Shown here: one piece after another, positions 25,221 to 39,200 of the stretch
Layout: each line of letters starts with the position of its first letter
Numbering within the stretch: position 1 is the stretch's first letter
Source of the DNA: Pelagomonas calceolata
Lineage: Eukaryota
Reading direction: 5' to 3'
NCBI GenBank assembly: GCA_918797485.1
Contig: CAKKNE010000004.1
Coordinates: 1,798,001 to 1,862,000, forward strand
Length of the DNA stretch: 64,000 nt
Translations under genes and position numbers: made by a program
Notes under the pieces: model-generated
Databases searched by the model: none
What the model saw: only the letters and a program-made list of their open reading frames with translations
What the model was told of the DNA's origin: nothing

Positions 25221-26205
25221 GTAGCCGAATTAGTCTGGTCCCGCCCCCGTAACGCCCCTTTTTGACCAACCCCCTTTTTCATGTTGACATCATCGCAAAG
25301 AGCAATATCGTAAAAGAGCCAGCCCCCCTTCCCGTGCCGGTTGTACCCGACACCCGCCCGCACGCGCGCGCGCTCATGACCAGGTTGCGACGCTGCTCCT
25401 CTCAGGTTTTCTTCCTCCCGCCAGGCCCGGGGCTGGCTGTGGTGCTGTGCTGTCATGTTCAAAGTTGTGCGCTTTCTCTTAAGGAGGACTGCCTAGCCGC
25501 TCTTCGGAGGATAGGCGTGGCGCGAACCAGAGAGTCAAACCGGCTTGCGTCTCTTTTCATGGTGCCATTGATGGTGAGACCGAGAAGCCTGAGCCAGCCT
25601 GAGGAACTTCGGATCATGATCATGATGCCGGGTGGGGCATTAAGTTGTAACAATACTGCGGTAGCTGTAGTTGGCGCTAGGGGATTCACTTCCTCCCAAG
25701 AAACTGGCTATTAAAACACTAAGTTTCCTATTTCGGTCCCTTCGCCTGCTCGGGGCGGCCCAGGCGTAGACGGGGGAGATATGCGCTACGTCGCCCGGAA
25801 TGACCTCGTCTCATAGAACCTATGTGAAGGACAACCTACGGTACATACCGTGACCGTAGATAATAATAATCAATTTATAAGTACCTAGGTAGGTACAGTT
25901 TAAGTAAGCGAATTATGATGGGCCATTATTGATTCTAAGCGTCAAGCGTCAGCCTGCTATGCACCGCTGTGCGCAGCAATCATCTAGCAAAGCTATCTAT
26001 ACAATCATTCCATTTTACTTTTACAACCTATGTACGGACAGGTGACCCAATTTGCTCATCTGTTTTGATTTTTATCAAAGTGTATGCTTCACGCACGAAG
26101 TACCTGGCTGTAAATTTGGCGAAACCCACCAGTAACATAAAGGAAATAGACAAAGCAAGGGCATTCTGTTGCTTAGAATACCAGCTATACAAGGTACACA
26201 CAAGA

Positions 26206-28737
26206 ATGAAGACGGCATGCGAGAAACGCACAAAAACAAACTCCCTCAGAGCCAGTTCGTCTGATTCCCAGACCACACCCGAAAGTGAGTTACTTTCAGA
26301 ATCGACTCGCACGTCGTATGGACATGAAGAAAAGACTTCAGATCAACACTCGTGGCACGCTGACAGCACAAAATTAAGGAACAGATGTTTGCCCAGTGAT
26401 GGCAACAAAGGCCCAAAAGTTTACCTGGGCAATCGCCTGCAATCACTAGAATTACGCAAGGGCAGGATGATGATTCCATGTAACAATGATTCAGGGCCAT
26501 TGTCACATGGCAACAACAAAGCTGACAGCAATGATGCTAGAAACCGCAGGAACCAATATAACGACGATTTTGAGCTTATGTCGTCGGGTAAGACTAGTTC
26601 AATGGTGCCAATTACTAGGTCAACTCCAAATGAGCACGCCAGGCTATGCTCAGACTCAACCGGCATTAAAGGCGGCAGTGAGAAGGTACTAAAAAAACAT
26701 GAAACTGGAGAAGTCAGCGAGACACAGAGACCAGCCCAGTCAACCTTTAGCGAGAAAACATATGACGGTTTTGTTTTTATACAGTACAACGACCACCCCG
26801 GGGCACTTGTGGTATATCGCTCACCTGAGGAACGCGCAGCTAACCCTGAACGACTCAACCTGGACAGGCGGCGCCTGACAGTCTGTCCCATACTCAAATC
26901 GGAGGAGCAAGTGCGACTGCTTAACTATCAAAGCAACTATATCAAAGAGATTCAAAATCTTGTTCATCTGCCTAACCTGATCTTCCTTGATCTTTACAAT
27001 AATCGCATTGAGAATCTCTCCCATGACCTTGGATGCGTACCCACACTCAGAGTGTTGATGTTAGGCAAAAATCGTATCAGGGCAATCTCTCACCTGGATA
27101 AGTTAGTAAAATTGGATGTTCTTGATCTTCACTCAAATGCAATAACAAAAATTGAGCAACTTGGAGCTCTCTCAGAGTTGCGTGTACTTAATCTGGCTGG
27201 GAATAGACTCACAGAAATAAAACGACTCAGTAACCTCAAATCACTCACAGAGCTTAATGTCAGGCGCAATCATATTGTCAAGGCCACATCGCTTCAGCAA
27301 TTGCAATCACTCCAGCGATTATTTCTCAGCAATAACTGCATCCAGTCTTTTGATTCAATCGTGTGTGTTTTTGGCATAAGGTGTCTTATGGAACTTAGTA
27401 TGGATGGCAATCCTATCGCCCTGCAAGATCCAACTACCTACCGGCGATATGTCATAGAACAAGCCAAGAAACTCAGGCTCCTTGACCTAAAGCGTGTCAC
27501 AGATGCGGAACGTCGTCTTGTGGCGCTTGAGTCACAAAAGGAAGTTCAACGAAAACGTGCTGCAAAGAGGCGGGAGACGGTTGAAGCCGAAAGGCGCAGG
27601 CTCCGAGTTGAACGGTCTGAGGCAATTCGCGCAGCAGAAACGCAGTGGACGAACCAGACATCTAGCCGCAATCCAGACACAAGGCATAATACACAGAGCA
27701 GGTACATTTTGCAGTCTATGTGTACTGGCAGCTTGTCATTACAGTCAAATCTCGAACAACGTGAGTGTAATGTGTGTAGACGGCCGAAGCGTTGTGATGC
27801 TGTGAACAAATACGGCAATATATCTAGCGACGATACCCACTTGCCTGGTCAGCGTTGCTTGTCCTGTACGCAGGCAACACTTGTCACAGCTGAGCATCCC
27901 ATTGCATTGTCTTCGGGCTCCAGTGGGGCGCTTGTAGCTCGGTCAGTGTGTGCAGAGAGTACAGCTACCTCGATTGGAGGGTCAAATAGCTCTGCACACA
28001 TTGCCATGGGTTATTATGAGGTAGAAATCAGGGGAGCACATCGCGAAGAGCGTATGCTCCAGGTCTACGGCGAAGCTTGGGAGGGTCTCAACTCCCCAAA
28101 GATCACTGGTTCTTGTACCGCCCTTACTTGTCGCTTTGTATCTATTGAGCGTATTATTCGGAAGCTCCAACCTCATGTTCATAGCTTTGTCAAGCTTAAA
28201 AAGGCCACCTTTGGGAACAACGCGGTCCGCACCCTCTGTCAACTTTTACATTTGGCCAGCGTAGTCCAGGGTTTACCAAATGCTTTGGAGCTCAAAATAG
28301 AATCAAACCCAGTTTGTTCTCTCACCCTCCTGAGACCGCTTATCTGTGGGGTCTTTACCAATGTCGAATGCTTCAACGGCACCAAGGTTAGTCATGACGA
28401 CCAATTTATTTTTAGTGAACAATTTGGACCCATCAGAGATGCAGGGAGGCGCAAAGTTGTACTTCAGACAGGTTCACTTCTCAAACGTGATGGTTGTGAT
28501 GCTTTTAATCACATCATTTCAAGTTCGACAACAAATGCCCTCGGAATTGAAGAATACAGGCGTCTGCTGGATAGGTATGCCGAGCCCAGCCAACACATGA
28601 CAATTAATTTGCGCTTAGGTGCTGGCCTGCCGCCATGGACTTGCTGGTCAATGAATGCCTGGACCACCATTATTCATGTGCTTCATCCTTTGCAAGCGAG
28701 CCCATTTGGCTATAGCAAAGCTCAACTAATATCTTGA
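26206..28737 (+). CDS. LRRC49: Leucine-rich-repeat protein, LRRC49-like
   Basis: NPERLNLDRRRLTVCPIL..EE..RLLN, followed by SDS22-type LRRs (LIFLDLYNNRI, LRVLMLGKNRI, LDVLDLHSNAI), as in LRRC49. Start and 3' end are uncertain (probable terminal intron). Confidence 0.75.
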   Translation: MKTACEKRTKTNSLRASSSDSQTTPESELLSESTRTSYGHEEKTSDQHSWHADSTKLRNRCLPSDGNKGPKVYLGNRLQSLELRKGRMMIPCNNDSGPLSHGNNKADSNDARNRRNQYNDDFELMSSGKTSSMVPITRSTPNEHARLCSDSTGIKGGSEKVLKKHETGEVSETQRPAQSTFSEKTYDGFVFIQYNDHPGALVVYRSPEERAANPERLNLDRRRLTVCPILKSEEQVRLLNYQSNYIKEIQNLVHLPNLIFLDLYNNRIENLSHDLGCVPTLRVLMLGKNRIRAISHLDKLVKLDVLDLHSNAITKIEQLGALSELRVLNLAGNRLTEIKRLSNLKSLTELNVRRNHIVKATSLQQLQSLQRLFLSNNCIQSFDSIVCVFGIRCLMELSMDGNPIALQDPTTYRRYVIEQAKKLRLLDLKRVTDAERRLVALESQKEVQRKRAAKRRETVEAERRRLRVERSEAIRAAETQWTNQTSSRNPDTRHNTQSRYILQSMCTGSLSLQSNLEQRECNVCRRPKRCDAVNKYGNISSDDTHLPGQRCLSCTQATLVTAEHPIALSSGSSGALVARSVCAESTATSIGGSNSSAHIAMGYYEVEIRGAHREERMLQVYGEAWEGLNSPKITGSCTALTCRFVSIERIIRKLQPHVHSFVKLKKATFGNNAVRTLCQLLHLASVVQGLPNALELKIESNPVCSLTLLRPLICGVFTNVECFNGTKVSHDDQFIFSEQFGPIRDAGRRKVVLQTGSLLKRDGCDAFNHIISSSTTNALGIEEYRRLLDRYAEPSQHMTINLRLGAGLPPWTCWSMNAWTTIIHVLHPLQASPFGYSKAQLIS

Positions 28738-29489
28738 ATTACGCTGCGTTGCACAATGTCATATTGTACAATAGGCTCCTGACTCTTTTGATATATGTAA
28801 ACTCGCACGGAATTCTTAATTGTACTAGCTGGACGGTAGGAAGATGTGGTGTCGATTGCCAGTGTACATAGTGATCGCTGCTCCCCTTGAACCGTTTTAT
28901 TTTGCGCCTCAGCGGATTTGGGGAGCGCAAGGATATATAGCGCAAGGATATTTTCTTCGGCAGTTCATCAGGTTGCAATTTGGAGCGCAACAGTTTGGTC
29001 TAGAAGCCAAAGCACCTGCTTCACATGCTAGTGTTACTTGTCCTACTTGAGCGCCCCGCCGCAGCGATCGCGTAGAACCGCATTGGAGGTACCTGGTCCC
29101 ACTTGCCTGTTTGGCCCGGGTGACTAAGTTAGACGTCTAAAGCGTCCGGAAGAACCCAGCAGAAGTAGGAGTGAGTTTGAGGAGGTCTGAGGGGGGGGGT
29201 GGACATCGTACCTATGACTAGAACCTATGACTACCCTTACTTCAACTTGAGGTTGACGTGGGGGGAAGTTGAAGCTGAGGAGTATAGGGTGCGGGTATTG
29301 AAGGGCAGGGCGGCCTGTAGTCGCGGAGGGCCAGCGTTGCACGACGGGGGCGGTGCGGGTTTTCTTCTACCAGAGAGTGGCCCCAACTCCCCGCCCACCC
29401 TGGTACTCGAAAAGGCCCTAGGATAGTACGCCTAACGTCCTAAACGCAGCTCTCGGACGAGTCCGATTCCCCGCGGTCGGCGTCGCCGG

Positions 29490-29880
29490 TTTCAAGTCTC
29501 TTCTACTTGCGTGGCGCGTCATTCGAACGTCCGCTGCGATGCACGCGTACGTCCTGACGGTCGATTTTTTGTCGAGCGGCGTCCAAGTGGCCCGCCATGG
29601 ACATCACCGCCGATTCACCGGATATGCTCTCCCGACCGCCCGTGGGTTGACATGTGGCGACGGACAACTGGTGGACTGCTTGAGGTGCGTCGCCGTGTGC
29701 GCGTGGGCCAGGCGCTTCTCTACCAGCAATTTGGAGATCTATTCGCGATCGCGCGCCGATTTAGATTTAGAGCCTCGCGCAGAGCAGCAGCTTGTGGGCT
29801 TGCAGACCGCCGAGACGGGTACCTTTCGACACGTGCTCTAAGCATGGCGCGTATGAGTTCCTAGGACCTCCACACACGCC
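29490..29880. repeat. Dispersed GC-rich repeat family
   Basis: Shares TTTGGAGATCT.TTCGC...GCAGACCGCCGAG...GAGTTCCTAGGACCTCCACA with 50520-50680 (reverse), and CTCCCGACCG...GGTTGACA.G.GGCGACGGA with about 61920-61990. Confidence 0.7.
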
Positions 29881-30168
29881 CGGTGGCTGCCCCGTGCCGC
29901 GGGCACGGAGAGCGAATTAAATGCTGGGAGCTCCAGACTCCAGTAGTTCTATTTAGTCTGGCCCTAGAGCACCCCCCCCGCCTAGAGATGGCCTAGTACT
30001 AGTAGTATTAGTAGGCCTAGTAATAAGTCCTAGTATGGATACGGAACTAGAAGATATATTCTGTAGTTTTTGGTTTGAGCGGGTTTATCTCGGACTGTCG
30101 TATCGCGTCGCAGCTGTTTCTCAGTGCGAGGCTGCCCACACCTGCGCCTCAGCTATCTGCACAAAGCA

Positions 30169-32226
30169 CTATCCTTTAGAATTGGTTGTGGATATCATCT
30201 GGAGTAGCTGGCTCATGCGATCTTCTTGGTTTAGGATCCTCGCCTTGACACATCGGACGCACTTTTCTTCATTGGAAACATGTTCGTTAAGCTCTTTCAA
30301 TTTACGGTCAAGTGGCCGCGTTGCACCTCTAGTAAACTCAACCTCTTGCTCGAGCTGGCTTACTTGCAGTTTAAGTTCTTGTTCCCATTTTTTTAGTTCT
30401 GCGTGCATGGTTGCCACGTCCTCGTGGACGTAATCCATACATTTGGCAATTGGGTTTGTGGATTGACATAATACCTGCACTGTCCGCTGGACTTCATTAA
30501 GATCTGTTTCGCGGACTTTGTCTTTGGAACCAGTTGTGGCATGATCGATGCGGCCAAAACGTATGCCACCTGAGCTTTGTCCTTTTTCTTCACCCCCTCC
30601 CCTCGCTGCAGCGCGTTCCTCTTCTTGGATCTCACGGACAAGCTTAGATTTGCCATCTGCGGCAACAACCACATCATTTGTGGCAACCTGTAGTTTCGTA
30701 TTGGATGCATCGCAAATCGTATTTCCATCATCATCATCATCGTTGCCATCATCTGTAATAATATCCACCATGATTGCAGTATTCCTTTCGAGTTTGGGGC
30801 GATGATTATCTTCAACGAGGTGGTCTTTATATATAGGAGGTCGGCGCCGTGCCGTGGTTGGTCGAGTGGAGAGTTTGGATTGGGCAGGGTCCTCATCCCT
30901 AAATGCCAGCGAAGTTGCACCCCCAGATTTTGCAGCATCATCATAGCTTTCAGAGCCAACGTTGCTGTTCGTTTCCCCTGCTAGGCCCTGCTTCTCCTCA
31001 GCCGGCATGACATCACACTTTATCTCCACGCTTGAAGGCACGGCAGGCCTGCAGCTCTGAAACTCCCCCGATGCAAGTACAGCCCGCACAGAGTGATCAC
31101 TGTTAGGTGCGAAGCTCGCGGCCACCGCGAAAAGCTGTAGGAGCCTATTGGTATTGTTTGGCTCAAGACCGCTCACTATTTTTGTGGGCCTGGCTTCGAC
31201 AATGGTATTAAGCTGCATTCCTACTAGCTTGACTAACTTTGCTAGGTAAGTTATCTTTGAATTCTTGTCGGTCACCTTCGAGCTATCGGACTCAGCTGTG
31301 TCGTAGAGTCCCGAGCCAAATGATGTCTGTCTAATGACTTCAGAGATGATGTCATGTAGGAATCGGAACGGAGGCTTGCCAAGGAGTTTATCCGTCAGCT
31401 TTGGCCGGGTTATGATCGGCTCCAGCAACCTCCGCGTTGTATCTGGGCTCCCATCACAGGCCTCAATCTGCCCATCAAGCTCAGAAATGCCAATGCCCAT
31501 GCCACCCAAACGCGGAGGTGGTTCCAGACCTTTGGACTCACTATTTGCACTTCGTGCACCTGCACGCGACGGAGGCATCTCCCCACTGGGCCGCTCCTTT
31601 TCAAACTCTAAGCCAATATCTACCTCGTTCTCTAGCTCCGATCTTGTTTTGATGCGTGGGATTCCTTCCGAGCTGGGTGCCACACCTTGCAATGACATCC
31701 GCACAGCCTCGCGGAAATCAAGCGAACGATCAGAGGCACAATGCGCTAATTGCTGCAAAAATTGATTTGTTTTTTCTGGCTCCAATCCTGCCACCACCTG
31801 TGGTCTCTAATTGTGATATACAACAGGTACTCACACCACCTTGGGGCCACGCATGTCAACATTCTTGCCAATGCATATGCTCACACAGGCCGCTATTTTT
31901 CCAAGATAATTGAGCTTTGACTCTTTGTCTCGTATGGCTCCCGAGTCAAGTTCCTCGCCTTTGTAAAGACCCTCTGCAAACCCAGTTGACCTCGTCGTGG
32001 CCGATACCTGTTAACGCCGTCGCGGCTAATACCTCATAATGTAAGACGCTGACGAGAATTACTATGTCATGAAGGAAGCGGAACGGCGGTTTAGACAGGA
32101 GCTGCACACAATAAGCCGTTCGTGACGTTTCCAATTTCCAATGCATACCTTTGCCTTCAGCTGGGGTCGATCGACGAGGGGCTGAAGGATATTTTGAGTC
32201 TTGATAATTTCCTCCTCCAGGCTCAT
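30169..32226 (-). CDS. IFT54: Intraflagellar transport protein IFT54 / TRAF3IP1 (MIP-T3), multi-exon
   Basis: LL.KPPFRFLHDI motif present twice; GLEPEKTN and GLEPNNTN; C-terminal coiled coil QVLCQSTNPIAKCMDYVHED. Confidence 0.9.
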
Positions 32227-33299
32227 GATCCAAGTGCTACTTTCAAAAATATGCGCCCCGTCCAAAAAAGATACTGTGCCTAACGGTAGCACACGGACGG
32301 GGGAAACTAGGGCGTGCCAGGGTACGCACTTTTGATACTTTGGGACTGCAACAAAAAGCGGTAAAATCCTTAAAAGAGCCAGCGACGTGTTCGCGTGGCA
32401 AGGTAATCGACGAAATTCCTAATCTGTGTGACCGTGACCCCCGCCGGGCCGGCCCGGCGGGGCCCGCACACCGTGACGGGAGATACACTCAGGCTGGCAT
32501 TGAGACCTCCTGATGACTTAAGTTAGTCACGGTGTGGCTGCGGGGCGTTTTCTTGTTTTGCCCCTTTTAAGACCCCTAAGAATATAATTCAATTAACATA
32601 TAGTATGCCAGTGTACCACGACCCTCAGGCTGGGGTCCGAGTCCGAGGCTCTACATAGTGTAATCATGAGCCCGGGCCCGGGCCGGTGGGTTCGGGCCCT
32701 ATGTAGGGTAGCATTTTGGTGGGGGTTGGCCTGGCGGTGTTGCTGCCAATTACCGTTTCGACCCCGGAGCCGCCCTCTAGCACTTAGGCCTTTGATCTAC
32801 GTTACTTTTTTTTTAATGGCCCGCTCAGGGGCATCTACCAGAGACGCCCACTACTAGTATCCTCTCCTCTGTCTTATCCCGGACTCGGAGTCCACTGCCG
32901 TAAGGGGGGACGACTCGGAGAAGGCAAATTCTTAATTAACCAATTACTAATCAACCGCTTTTAATTTTTTTTTCTAGTACTACAAGTTGCTCTCGGACAG
33001 TGGGCGCAGGGCCGAATTTTGTTGAGCTGGACTCTTCGGGGGGGGGGGGGGGTTGGGGACTACCGGCTGATCAATGAGTCAAAGAAGGCCGGCCTGCGCT
33101 TTTATCACAGCAAACATTAGTAAGAGGCACCATCATTAATAAAGAGTCGTCAGCTTTTATTTGACTCAGGTCGCATGAGACGTCAAAACTGTACCGTCAC
33201 GCCCTACTGACAGTTTGGACGAGACCATTATCCTAAATACTTGAGTAGCCTTTTCTCACCAGAACATGTTTAAACGGCTCTAATTCATATCTCCCTCTC

Positions 33300-36200
33300 C
33301 AAGAAGTTAAAAGGCATTCTGCTACACATTAGCCTCAGCGTTCGTGGACTACTGCCCGAAGCAATGAGGCAATCTCACCTGAACGAGCTTGGTTTGAAAT
33401 GTTCTCAAATGAGGTTACTGTTCGATGTGCTTGCCTAGACATGCTTGCCTCACCAGTTCCAGCAAGTGCAACAAGCGCATCAATTCCACCCGCCGCTCGC
33501 CTAAAGTTAGGGAAATAACAAAGCTAGTCGGCACTATGGGCTACACAGGTTCGTGCAGGTATCTGCGAGCAGAGGCTATAGAATTCATGCTTGCAAGAGC
33601 AGCAGCACCAAGCCGTCGTACGCTAGCATGCTCGCTGCCCACATTTGCGTCACCCGCTGCATTGACCATGACTTTGAAAGCGTCGTCTCTGCTCTCAGCA
33701 AGTGCAACTCGTTTTGCTCCCCTGTCAGATACTGTGAGGCATGCCAAACATCTAAGTGCTGGTTCACGTATGGCTAAAGGCTGATCCGCCTTGGAGAGCC
33801 TTATGATAGCCTCGACACCACCAGGAATAACTTCCATATGATTACAATTTGAATCATGAAAGTAAATGGCATTTGCGACAAGACCCATGGCATAAGCACA
33901 CTCAAGGCTCGCTGGTGCTGATTGATTCCACGCATCTTTGTGTCTCGTTTGAAACACACAACTGGGTTCTAGGTGCGGGTACTTAAAAGGAAGTTCAATA
34001 CGACAATTGGCGATCATTTCGAAAATTTCTTCAAATAATGGCCCACAACGTGACTGATTTGCTCGGTTAGACCACACGAGATTTGAGAGGGCCCAAAGCG
34101 CCGTAGCGCAATCTGCACTACTCTTACGCTCACGTGTGATCCTCCAGAGAGCCTCGACAGCTCCCAGGCGACCAAGCTCAATCCGCAATCGTGAGCTGCA
34201 AGCTAAATTTCCAAGTAGCAAAGCAGCAGCTTGCCTTGCTGGTGAATTATTTGCGGTACACAACATCACAATGCTGTAGGCAAATGATCTCTCATCGGAA
34301 ACGGAGGTGCCTGCAAAACTTCTCATGCCTCGAGAAGCAGATACAAAAAGTGAGCTCGTATTATGAAGGAATGAGTCTTCGAGATAAAGATTTTTCCCTC
34401 CTGCCGCAGCAAGTGTGTTTGCTAGTACATTGATTACATTTGTTTGCATTTGAGTTGCTTTATCAGCATCAAGCAAGTTGCTGGAGTTGATATTGAGGAA
34501 CTTCAGGAGAAGTTCTACGCCACCAGTAGCTACAAATTTGCGAGAGTTTGGTGCATGCAGCGATAGTAGATTGGTCAGTGCGCATGTTGCTGCCTCGATG
34601 ATGTCAATTAGTTCTTCATGTGTTGCGGACTCCCAGGATACCCGCAGTATGGTCGCAAGGCACTCGATTGTTCCAGCAGCTCCTAGTCTCTCTTGGTTGC
34701 ATTGTTGCTGGAACGCCATATTTGCTGCGGCCTACACAGGAGCTGGATCTCAAACACAAAATTTGAGGTGCATAAAACTTTCGCTGATCTGCGCGTGACA
34801 CGCCAGGATAACCACCTCAGGATTGACATGATACATCAGGCTACTGACCATTGCAACAAGACCCTGCACTTTTCCAAGCAAAGTAGCATTCTCCGCAACA
34901 AATGATAGTGCGACAATGCATGAAATGGCGGCAATCACGCACTCATGGTCACGGTCACGACAAAATACCATTAGTATTTTTATCAAGGGCGACAAAGAAG
35001 TCATATCACCGCAGCTAGCCGCTCGTCGATAGTTGACAAGTTTACTTATATTCGCAAGATTTGGTCCTGCTAGTGTCCTCTGTCTGCGCAGTGCCCATTG
35101 TCGACGAGCAACGGCGATATCATAGGGAGTGGTGACATCATGTGGAGTCTGAACAAAAAATTCTGTGACATTATGTTGAGGATGCGTGCCCGTTGTTTTT
35201 AGTTTCACATTTGTTCTTTGATTTCTTGCGCGATTTACTGCCACATCTACCCAACGCTGCCACTGCTCTAGTACTTGGAAGCCTAGCAACCGACTATTTA
35301 CATGACTATTCCAGGTCAATGCGGAAAGGGCTTTGGCGCCAAGGCAGCGAAGCTCTCGCCGGGGGGATCTACACATTGCTGCCAACACGAGTGTGGCTCC
35401 ATTAGCACCTATACGTCCAACGCTCAAAGAGGGCTTACGTTTTGCAAACGCTGTGTTGTGTGTCTACGCAAGGCATCATTATAGCTTTTGTGTGCACCAG
35501 ACATCACTGCGACTCGTTGAGCAAAGAAAAGGAATAGTGCTGAAGTGTCAAGGCCAAGAGCCTGTGTAGCATTTTGTTGTCGCCAAATCTCATGGCGGAG
35601 GGATCTCCTGGCCTCCAAATCGAGCGCCTTTTGACGATGAAGTAAAGTCTCACGATGCCTGAGCATGCTTTTAATTCGCACAAACCCAGCCACCATTGTG
35701 TGCACCCATAGCTTGAGACGGGCTGAATGGGCCCGTTCGTAATAGATCTCATCGCGGGAGCATGCACGTAGTAGTGCAATTGTCTTTGTCAGCTTCAATA
35801 TTTTGAGTTCCTGCACTTTCTGCTGTGCATGTGCCAAGCCAAGTCTATGTCGAAGTGCTTCACAGAGCGCAACGTGTAGCGCAATCTTCTTCATGTGGGC
35901 GTTTAACTCGAATTTGAATTTCATTTCCGCCACGTCGCGCCTAAATACAAAGGTTCGGCAAACAGCCCCTCGTAGGAAGGAAGCGCAGGTGAGAACTTTT
36001 GTGCTTCTTGGAGTGCATCACGTTGAGCAAATCGCCGGTCGCTTGATGCTTTACTCTGTGCCACTGTTGCTAATGTCTTAGCGACATTCGCAGCGCGCAC
36101 ACCAGCACTGAGTGCCGCGGCGCTAATCTGTCGGCGAGATGATCGTTCGCTCAGTAGCTGCTGGTGTAGCTCTGCAGCTATACGACAAGCGCGTTTGTGT

Positions 36201-39200
36201 CCACGCAAACACACGGGTGCTGTGGAAGAATGAGGATTAATTTCTAACTTTTCATGTGGTCTTGTCTGCGTGCTCTTCATTAACCATTGAGACCCCAGGC
36301 GGGATTTTGCAATGCGCAGTGGTACATACCGCAGTCCAAGGGGCATGTCTGAGTAGTGATCAAGGGGGGTGGTACTAGCAGTTATACAGTCTGGGTGTAA
36401 AACGTCCACTCTGGGAACATGTGTTGTAGATAAAAGTTCCCGGCGTTGCCTCTGCTCATGGTTAAGCGCAATACGCTGAAAGTTCTCTAGTGATGCCAGT
36501 TTAGCATAGGTAGCTGCCAGGCGTGCCTCTGTCCTCTTTGAATCTTTAACAAATTTGTCTAGGACTCCGTGGCCATCGTCAAGTCCAGTCAAAACAATCG
36601 CTACTGCAGCATGGTGGCCAAGGATAGCCTAAGCTCAATCGTGACAAAGTTTCAAAGGAAAAAAGCACGGGTCAAGAACATTATCACGGTCCACTCGTGC
36701 TTCGTCGATTGCAATACGCGCTGCATGTCTCTGATTAGTTGCGTCTTGATCCCACAAGAGCCGCTTTATCTCTGCACGGAAAAACGAAACTTCTTGCTCT
36801 TGCCAAATTCTTCTTCGCCGACCTTGTTCTCTTAGATTTTCACAAACACGAGTGACCGCAAGTTTTGAAAAGAGCAGACTCTCAGTATTAGACTTACTTT
36901 GATGAGACTGGTGCACGATTGCGGCTTTATGTTTTTCGGCGCAGCAAACTCTCAAAGCATGTTGCAATTGAACCAGCTTGCGGGCTTGATAAGCACGCTC
37001 AACTACCTGCCGGGCTCGGACTGACACCGCATGCTGCGCTCCGTTGGATATCCAGTCACCCCGTTGGCGTTCAGCCACTAATTCTAGCTCAACTTGTCGC
37101 AAAGCCTCTATTTTAATATCGCGCTTGATAGAGTCACTAAATAGGTTGCCGATGTGTATATGCACATCCTTACGCTCCATCTCTGCTACCTTTGAATTAA
37201 GCACGAAAGAGAAATTTTTGTCTGAATCATCATGGCTGTTGTGTTTTGAATGCTTACTCAGTTTATAGCTCCAAAGCTCGACGTTAATGCGCTGTGCCTC
37301 GTGGTCAATCCAAGCGTCGGCGCCGAGTTGGGATGCTCGCGTGAGCAAAGAATCAAGAATAAACTCATGAGCTGACATTGACTTGTTGATAATTTCCAAG
37401 GGACTTTTTGCAACTTCTTTTGTTTGGAATGCTGGCTTGCGTATCGAGTTATTCTGGTGATGGTGTATTTGTTTGCTTTTTGTAAGGTCAAGGAGCTTTG
37501 CAACCTATTTTTTTCCAATATTTTTTTGGTCCAACCTTGGGAGGCTGAAGAGGAACGAACCTCCAGATAGTGTTGTGTCGCAAGTCCTGCTGAGAGTAAA
37601 ATTTTTTCTGTTATCCCAACCTCGCGAAGTTTTAAGTCCATCTACACATGATGAGGATGCGACAAAAAAAAATGATATTAAATTATTATACAGAGGGTAC
37701 GCCGAAAGTCACCACAACAAGATGAGATGCCTTAGCAACAGTTGAATGCTTCTGCCGAGACCTTGTTTTTTGAGACGATGCATGAAGATCCAACCTCACG
37801 CAAGCCTCTCTTTGGAGTTTTTCATTTATGCATGTACCATCGAGTCCGTGCAAAACTGCACTCGCTGCCATTTTGTGAATGAAGTTTGATTCTGCACTAA
37901 ACCGGACAGTGGGTCTCTCCGAAACTTTGTCTCGGTTCGAAGATGCCAGCGTTGCCTTTCGTAACGAAATTAACTGCTTTTGGGCGTGTGTCTCTGGCTT
38001 CACTGTTAGTTCGGGGAGATTCTCGAGATTGCCTTCATATAAATGCACCGAGTCTATTTGTACACAACATTGATTTTTGACTTTTGAAGTGCTCAGGGTT
38101 TTCAGTAATATGTATGATATTTGCCCTAGACGACGACGTGACATCGAAAGCCGCCTTAGCAACTCATCCTCGCAGCAAGCCTGTGTATACATCTTGGAGC
38201 AAATACCAGATTTTAAAAAAGAAAAGACGCCCAACCGCACAATCGCTTCCAACTGCCCCCTAAGCTGTTCTGGCGATATACCATCACCATCACTCTCATC
38301 AGTGCCAAGGGTAGTGGTCGCACGAAGTAGAGTATTCGCATCTACTATGAAAGGCTTTTGTTTTCCGACGAAATTCCCCGATGAATTTAGTATTGCAGTA
38401 GACTCTCTTGCAGCAGGCGCTAGCGCATTTTGAACCTATAATAAGATGTAATACGACTCTCTCTCAAACCCACACGGAGCTTTTACTTCTCGTGCCAACC
38501 CTGGATCTCTAGTTTTTGCAATGTCAATTACGTCAACACGAGTTTTTGCTGCTTTGCGGGATTTTTTGGGAACGTACTTCCAGCCCGTTTTACCTGCTGC
38601 AAGGTTACGAAGCGACTGCAGGTCAATAAATGCGGGGGTATCGTCTTCATCAGACAAGGAAGGGAGTTGCCTGTGTTCATGATACATCGACACAGTCTCC
38701 TCTAAGAAAGTTAGCACCCTCCTTGCAGCTATAGTTGCTGCATTTTTTTTGCGCTCGAGGCGAATAATCCTGCGCTCTTGGCGCTTAGAAAAAAATGCAG
38801 CATCGTGAAATGAAGTCGGTACTTCTTCATCACTGGATGAGGAATACTCGTCCGGAGCTGTTTTCGTTCTACTGCCCTTGATTCGCGTGTCTGATTTACT
38901 GCTAAATTTCCATGCCGTCTCGCCTTTATCCTGTTGGTTGCCTGTGTCGCCAGCCTCCAAGATGTCATTCGATTCTTCAGCTTGCGAATCATTATGTCCA
39001 GGTGGCTTCTGCCAGCTGACTTCGTTAGTTCTTTTATTTTTCCAAGAAACTTGGCCCCATTCGTCGACAGTTTCCTGCCACGAATCAGAAGATGGTTCCC
39101 GGACAGCACTTGACCTATGGGGCAAGAGGGATCTCATTCTTTCTATGCATGCCAATTTATATCTCAGTTTTAAACGCATGGGATGGATTAGCAGTTGTTG

